Below are positions 56,230 through 64,000 of a DNA stretch of 64,000 bases, one piece after another; position 1 is the first letter of the stretch, and each line of letters begins with the position of its first letter. The stretch is from Octopus vulgaris. Its lineage: Eukaryota. The notes below the pieces were generated by a model, which was not told the origin of the DNA, did not search any database, and worked only from the letters and a program-made list of their open reading frames with translations. Where the stretch lies: the NCBI GenBank assembly GCA_951406725.2, contig OX597822.1, positions 83,390,001 through 83,454,000 on the forward strand, in the 5' to 3' direction. A program made the translations under genes and the position numbers.

Positions 56230-56692
56230 GGCACAACTTGCTCAACCGTATTCTGAAACCATGCTGTTGGATAACTGCATGTTCGTACTCTGCCTTTCGT
56301 AAGTTACTGGCTTTATCGTGAATAAATTTCTTTATGTGTTTGAAGAGGTGCTTTAACAGGGTGTCCACAAAATATCTTGTTCTGCGTGTTTAACTGGTAA
56401 GACTTGTACAATCGAACTCAATTTGAAATCATTCGCAGATGTATGTCGATATATTTGTTTTTAGAGTTTCTGCAGGTAGGTTTATTCTGCAAGCTGTACC
56501 AACTGATAGAAAACCTAAGGGTGGACCAAGAACAAGATGATTGAATAACGTCCATAATCTCACTTTGTCAGAATTGGGAATTCAACTGGAAAGTCTAATG
56601 ACGTTTGTTCTTCGTAAGACATTACAGAGGAGATGACTGAAGGCTATGTCCCCCAGGATTTCCCAAAGAATAGTAGGAGAAGATGGATGGAT
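56230..56692 (+). mobile_element. RTE-type LINE 3' relic
   Basis: ILQAVPTDRKPKGGPRTR*LNNVHNL...LGI followed by a short (GATG) tail. Confidence 0.6.
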
Positions 56693-57224
56693 ACACACAC
56701 AAACTCCCCTCTCCTCCACCTAATGACCCTGTCTAGATCTTGTCCTCTTTTACTTGCTCTCTATTTTCACTCTTTTCTCTCAATTTTGGCGCACATTGTG
56801 TCCACGTTTGTTTTTCATCAAACCTAACAGGCAATCACACTTGCTGAATTCGGGATCCTATTTCTTCTTTCTGTATAGAACTTTGGCTAACCTGCGCGCG
56901 CGCGTGTGCTTGTGTGTAGCAGTTGATGTGTGCTTGTTCAGATGGTGTATGCACATGCGTATGTGTGTGTTTGTGTATGTGACCAAATAGTGTGCGTGTG
57001 TATAGTGTATGCTTCTGGACATATATATATACATACATATACACATATTTTATGTTTTACGTCTGGCGTTTATGTTTTCATTTACATAGTTAATATTAGA
57101 AACGCTCTAGCCTATGTATCATGTACTCTAGATAAATGTCTTTTTCTAAGATACACTGTTGATATATTTTGAGGAAAATTTATATTATTTATATGTGATA
57201 TGAAATATGCATAAATACGTATAT

Positions 57225-58020
57225 ATATGAAGTCTGATTAATAAGTATCTGGACTGTTGCCATCGTAACGAAGCTAAAGCACGCTGAGTGAAGCCGCTTG
57301 GCATATATTCACCGTTGACTCTGGTGTGCATGCGCATTAATTTTTACGCTCTAGCTCACTTCCGCTAATTACAGTAGTGCTTGGAATGAATGTGTGTAGC
57401 GTGTGATCGTCGCATTGGCCTTGACAAAAAATTGTCATAGTGATACCTGCTCAGAGGCCTACACAATGTTTCAGAAAGTGTATGGATAGGAGGGTATGAA
57501 CCGCACCCAAGTGTATGAGTGGTTAAGATGTTTCTAAGACGGCAGAAAAAAATGTCGATATTTACGAATGTTCTGCGAAACCCGCAACCAGCAGAATTGG
57601 GGAAAAAACATTGCAGATGTGTGTGCAGCTGTGAGGGTAAATTGTCAAATCACCACCCGTGAGTTATCAGAGGATGTGCAAATTAGTTACGGTTCAGTTC
57701 AGTCCATTATCACTGAAGATTTCAGTATGAGAATCGTGTCTGCTAAGTTTGTGCTAAAAACTGACCAAAAGGCACTCGGGTTTCATTTGCACAAGATATC
57801 GTTGGTTGTGTCAAGAACGATGAAAACTTTTTGAAAACTTTGCGTCGGCCCCTGAGCAGGTATCGCCAAGCTTTTGGAAAATGTTGGTACAGATTCTCTG
57901 CTCAACTTTCTCTGTTTTGTTTAATGTGGCGATCACACACTACGCACGTTCCTTACAAGCACTGCTGTAAACAACGGAAGTTAGCTAGAACGTTAAAACT
58001 TAGTGCGCATGCAAGGCAAA
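57225..58020 (+). mobile_element. Decayed mariner derivative with long inverted arms
   Basis: RTQVYEWLRCF...ITTRELSEDVQISYGSVQSII...VSAKFV (HTH region). 57325-57410 is inverted at about 57930-58015. Confidence 0.75.
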
Positions 58021-58493
58021 GTTCTATAATGTTTGAGGTAGCACTGTCCTTTTTGGAGATGTTTCTTTGTCTTAAAGTTTATAGTTTTAATGTGTGTGCG
58101 CTTCGGTAAAATATTGGTAAAATACGATTTATGTTCGATATTTGATGTTTGTATTTGTAATAATTCGCAAATTTTGATGGAATTAATTGATATATTTCGC
58201 TAATATTTCGATCCTGATTTTTATCTACAAATATTCAGCCAACGTTTATGTATTATTGAATGGTAATGTCCCAACATCACATCGAATGGTACTGATCAAA
58301 TGAAGAAGCCATAATGACATGTGTCAGACAACTGATGATAGAAATAAACGTTTCATATACTTGTTGGCAGCGAATATTTCATATAACGTGGTCTCACTGT
58401 TCTAAGTCATCCTTCATTCAAGTAGCGTTGGCCTCTTTTGCTTTTCATGATAAAGGTCGGTAGGCATTTTCTTCTCTTAATTTTCAAGGCAGA

Positions 58494-58529
<36 letters not shown>

Positions 58530-60544
58530 TCTACGCAATTATATAAGCACAAACCCATTACTATTTGTGCGGATTTTTGGGTTATGCAAGTCAAACAAAT
58601 TACAACGTTCGTGTTTACATGCATCCATGTAGGTGTTTATATTTCCTTCCAGTATATTCAGATGGAGGATTTCGTGAATAATTTCAATATATATAAAGTA
58701 CATCTCAGTGATTTTCTTGTCTGTAGGACAGATATATTGTGTATGGTAGTTAACATACGCTCTTATTTCTAGATTCACTTTGCTGCAAGGAATATTATCT
58801 TGGACTTTCTTATCGCAATCATTATGGTTTACAGAATTAAGTTTACAAATTTATATAACCGCAGGCAGTTAAGCAAATATCTTATCCGATAAATCAAACC
58901 GTCAATTACTTGTGCTGTTGGGTATATTACAGTTTCTCAAATTCAAATAAATGGGATTAATGATAACTAAAGACTTTTCAGGCAAACAGATCCGTAAGAA
59001 TTCACTGAAGATTTCCATGTTACTAATACGTGCAACCGTTCAATTATGCAACGCAGATCCAGTGTCCAAGGATATTAATTTTACTTACTAACGTCAAGTA
59101 ATTGGGAGTTAGTTACATTAGAATTCCTATGTCTTTCCCCACATCTAAGAGATTATAGTGTTAAACTTACATGTGCACACATATTTTATTGACGCACGAC
59201 AGATATGAACGTTTTTTCTATCTAAGCCTGAGATAATTGGTACACAGCGTAAGGCAATAAAATTGAAATAAAAAAAGAAAATTTAGTGTCTTGAAAGTTA
59301 AATATGTTAGCTATTCCAAAAGTTGTGTAGTTTTCAGTTCATGCACAGAGTAACACTCAATATTCTAATGGAAACAGTTGTTAAACCGGAATTAGGGACC
59401 TCAATCGCATGTACATTCAATTTGAATATCTTCTCATTCGATCTGATGTTCTTGTCATGATATATATCTAAAATGGGAAGACTGTTATCTCTATATTTCA
59501 TTGTCCGTCGCTCTAAATAATAAAAATTGAACTTTTGAAATATATTCAACATTTGAGACGTTACCTATTTAACAGTTGTACTGTACACTGCATTAATTTG
59601 CATATTGATCAAGTTTAGCAGTTTTCAAAAGAGATATTTCAAAACGAACCTGCCGTTGGCCATATATTTCAATTCGAAATCTGCGTCAATTTGGCGACAA
59701 AGATTATTTTAACAGTGGATTTATTGTTTTGTTAGTTTTACTGAAAAATTATTTAAAGCAATAAAATAATTCAATTTAAATTATTTTCTTTGTTCTTCAT
59801 TTGTATTCATTTTTCATTATTTCTTTATTGTTTGTGAGTTATAAATTGATTAAATTAAGAAAATGTTTTTGAATACAAAATATAGTGAAAGCCAAATTTC
59901 AGTAAATACTTTTCCCTCCAAATATATTAGTCCAAAAATGAAGGCGTTAATTCTGTTCCCATATGTGTGAGTTATTTGCACCAGGTAACCTAGCGAAGTG
60001 TAGATCATAGTCCATAGCTAGAATTGGCAGTGGCAAACTTCATTATGTCAATGTTAGAACAATATATCAGACACAATTTCATATTTATAAAAATATTCTA
60101 AACTTAAACCGTACTCTTATTTTTGGCCATAGTCTCATATACAGTATGTAAATTATCCATTTTTTGATATTCAAAAGTCGTTATGGAATTCACTCGGGGA
60201 ATATAAATATACGAGAACTATATAGAGGCCTTTTTACATTGGACATCTTTACAATTAAGTATACCTTGGAGACCATGGTAGTTAATGATTACCCCACAGT
60301 GCGTGATAATGTTACACTGAGCTTTTGTAGCAATGGTGTGATGGAAAGGATATATCTATAAACTGTTTGGAGGGGGAAAATGTCATTATTGATGCCTTTG
60401 ATTTTTGTACTTGCTACATCAGGGACGACAATCGAAATAATGAAAGCAATTGCACATATACAGAATGAAGATATTTCCGTCAGAAACGTAGTAGCTGTTC
60501 CATACTTCTACCAACTGTTTGAACTCGTAAATGTTGCTGCTGTG

Positions 60545-60761
60545 GCTGTTGATGATGATGACGATGTTGTTGTTGTTGTTGTTGTTGATGATGATGATGA
60601 TGAGATGATGATGATGATGATGATGAGGATGATGAGGATGATATTGATGATGATGATGATGATATTGATATGATGATGATGATATTGATGATGATGATGA
60701 TGATGATGATAATGATGTTGACGATGTTGATGATGATGATGTTGATGATGATGATGTTGAC

Positions 60762-60805
<44 letters not shown>
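60545..60805. repeat. (GAT/GTT)n microsatellite
   Basis: Directly visible. Source of the poly-H and poly-M ORFs. Confidence 0.97.
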
Positions 60806-60806
<1 letters not shown>

Positions 60807-61437
60807 TAGTTAGTGATGACGTCGAACTTAACAAAATCGTGGAAAATGACAGAGATGTTTCAGGAGAGGAAAAACTTGCTCAATGTTATTAGCAACATGA
60901 AATGTGAGACTTCATTAGGTATTTGATGGCTCAAAGGAGATTTCTGAACCGTTAACCCCTCGGAATTAAGTTTAAACTTTGTCGTAGAAGATACACATTT
61001 GCCCTTCCTCTTTTATATAAAGTCAACAATCTAGTGCTCTATAACAATGCTAGAAACCTTCTGAAGATAGTTTTGTGGATAATGCATGCCAAAATCCTGA
61101 CAGCTTATCATTGATACTTCCAAATAAAGTTTAAAACGTGTCTACCTCCAGAACAGCAACAAATATAATATAAATCTGGAAAGCACGAGAAAATTCTTGT
61201 AGCCTAGAAGAGGTTGTATCAATGTATTGCTTTTAAATATATAAACGTTTAAAAACAGTGAACTTACTTTGTGATTACCCTAATACTTTTCTAATATTAT
61301 TGGGTTTCTGAGGTCTTTGGGACAACAAAGGTTACAATTGTCAATGGATAAGAATAGCGAGATTCTTCAAGAAAAGATGTTGGGGTAAAAGTTATTTATA
61401 ATGAAAATTCAGATGACAAAATAATTCACCCTATATG

Positions 61438-61820
61438 GGCAGATATGGCTGTGTGGTAAGAAGATTGCTTCCCAACTACGTGGTTTTACGTGTTCAGTTC
61501 TACCGCGTGGAACGTTGGGTGTCTTCTACAATAGTCTTGGGCCGACCTAAGCGTTGTAGGTGGATTTGATAGACGGAGACTGAAAGATGCCCGTCACACA
61601 CACATGTGTGTGTGTGTGTGTCTTAGTTTGTACCCACCACCGCTTGACAGCCGGTGTTGGTGTGTTTACATCCCCGTAACATTAGCGTTTCGGCAAAAGG
61701 AACCGATAGAATAACTAACTACTAATCTAAAAATTAAGTAATGGGGTCGATTTATTCGACTTAATACTCTTTAAGGCGTTGCCCCAGCATGGCCGCAGTC
61801 TAATGATTGAAAGATAAAAA
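61438..61820 (+). mobile_element. SINE family A copy
   Basis: TGGCTGTGTGGTAAGAAG head and CCAGCATGGCCGCAGTC tail. Confidence 0.85.
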
Positions 61821-62414
61821 ATATCAGATAACAATAATACGTATCATGCTTCTTTATATGTTACACCATATAGATGTCTGCTTGGATTATTTATGCAGTA
61901 AAGTCACAAGATTGAAAAGGAAATTCTGATAAAGGGTCACCATATGATGGAGCTTATAAAAGATCATAATTTCTTAGATTCATTGGAAAGTATTGCAATT
62001 TACGCTTTTTCTTTGTTGAAGATGTCAATATATCAATTGGCAACCATAAAGCAGACAATTTCTCTAAATTAGTAGAAAGCATTTTCTCTACACCCTTGGT
62101 GGTAAAACTGAAATGAAAGAAGGGTTTTAAAATAATGGATATATGGTACCAAAGAAGGTGGAATACACAGAAATGATAATTTGCTGCAGGAACTTCAGTT
62201 AGACTGTCTTGGGAAATCTCACTCTAGAAAAACCAACAGAAAATGCTTGTTATGAGTTGAATAAATGAATAATTTGATGTCATTACATGTTAGGAAGTTT
62301 AGGAAACGTGAAATGGTTCCTTTTTAACGGTTGAATTCGAATTAGATAAAGTAATAATGAATTGGGTTGGATTTATGTGCTTGGCCACCGTCGAATGACT
62401 GAAACAAGCATATC

Positions 62415-62475
<61 letters not shown>

Positions 62476-62565
62476 TATATAGGATGAAGTTATTTTTACA
62501 GAAAAAAAAATCTTCATAAAAAAATGTGGCAGCATATTAAAATACCTTTATGGTTAAAATTATAA

Positions 62566-62864
62566 ACAACTTATAAGCAAGGGCTAAAGAAAATTATTTC
62601 AGTGCCAATATGCTGATAACAGACTTTTAAAGCGTCAATTTCCACATATTATTTATTCGCTACAGAAAATACGTAGAGCTGAATCGAGGAAAGCTAGCCA
62701 ACATGATTTTTTTTTTTTTTAAAGTTCGTTATTTCTATATTGAATCAATTTCAGCTCTACGTATTTTCTGTAGCGAGTAAATAATATGTGGAAGTTGACG
62801 ATTTAAAAGTCTGTTATCAGCATAATGGCATTGAAATAATTTTCTTTAGCCCTTGTTTATAAGT

Positions 62865-62867
<3 letters not shown>
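62566..62867. repeat. Long inverted repeat (about 118-bp arms, 66-bp spacer) next to (TA)n
   Basis: 62566-62683 is the reverse complement of 62750-62867 with few mismatches. Confidence 0.9.
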
Positions 62868-62924
<57 letters not shown>

Positions 62925-63119
62925 TTAAATATTGCCAATGTTTTCAGACAACTTTACACAATATTATGAATGCAAGAATGCAAGTAAATTTTGTCAGTTT
63001 CATTCTCAACATAAAGTGCAGCTCTGGAGACCATTATTTTAGGAGACCCCAGCTTGGTCTTCCAACCACAACGTGACTTCAGAAATCAAGGCTACATAAT
63101 CTGGGAAATGCTTTTCTTT

Positions 63120-64000
63120 CTAAAACAACTTCATGGCTGGGAAGAGGTGAAAATCAGAGGGTGCAAGGTCAGGAGAGTAGGGGGGATGGGGGAGGAGTTC
63201 ATAGCCGCACGCCTGTGCTTCTGATCTGGCGACACGCAAGTTGTGGACCGGAGCGTTGTCCTGCAGGAGGAGGATGCCTTTGCTGATCTTGCCCCGCCTC
63301 TTGATTTTGATAGCTTCTCTTAATTTTCTCAAAAGTGAAGCATAATAGGCTCCTGTAATTGTGGTACCCTTTGCCAGGAAATCTGTCATCACTACTCTGT
63401 CCTGGTCCCAGAAGACTGTGAGCATGACCTTGCCAGCAGAGGGCTGCACCTTTGCCTTCCTTGGAGGAGGTGAGTCACGGTGCTTCCACTGCATTGACTC
63501 GGCTTTGGTCTCTGGATCATAGTGATGGACCCAGGTTTCATCCTGTGTAATCAGTCTTTTGAAAAATTTTGACTCATCTTCTTGGCACATCTCCAAATTC
63601 ATCCTCGAGCACTCGATGCGTTCTTGCTTCTGGAAGATGTGAGCAACCTGGGAATCCATCTGGCAGACACCTTTTGCATATGCAAATGGTCATGAATGAT
63701 AGTTTCCACAGACCTGGTACTAATCTTGACCTCATGGGCTATTTGGCAAATAGTTATGCGTCGATCTTCCAAAATGGCAGCCTCAACTTGACGGACAGAT
63801 GCTTCATCAATGGCAGAAGGGGGAGCACAGATCTGGGAGCTGTTTCCACAGAGTTCCGACCATGTTTGTATTCACGATGCCAGCGTTTTACAAGGTCATA
63901 TGATGGGGCATCATCACCATAAGTTACTTTCATTTCATTAAAAGTCTCCCGTGGTGTGCGTCCTTTCAAATACAAAAACCGGATCACTGCTCGACACTCA
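63120..64000 (-). mobile_element. Mariner transposase pseudogene, running off the window end
   Basis: HTH ORF 63754..63987, frameshifted to LITQDETWVHHYDPETK...LLQDNAPVH...HPPYSPDLAPSDFHLF. Confidence 0.95.

Overview
This is AT-rich, microsatellite-saturated eukaryotic DNA. The SINE repertoire and repeat landscape resemble an octopus genome (inference, no database search). Almost all listed ORFs are microsatellite or transposon artefacts. The only host gene I can support is a minus-strand class B1 (secretin-family) GPCR, most like PDF receptors. It is seen as two phase-compatible extracellular-domain exons (44594-44487 and 19241-19078) separated by a 25.2-kb intron; its other exons were not found here. 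The rest is mostly decayed mobile DNA: three tRNA-derived SINE families, CR1/L2, RTE, L1/Tx1 and R4/Dong LINE fragments, Penelope-like relics, a Gypsy integrase relic, Tc1/mariner elements and MITEs, a Helitron-type element and an Academ-like relic. The most notable signal is a family of small non-coding elements next to (TA)n tracts that carry minimal type I hammerhead ribozymes. Cores are intact at 25029-25073 and 55484-55528, with variants at 35.15-35.54 kb. Copies show compensatory base changes and palindromic stem III sequences, and one has a 353-nt repeat unit, which suggests a retrozyme-like or non-autonomous Penelope-type system.
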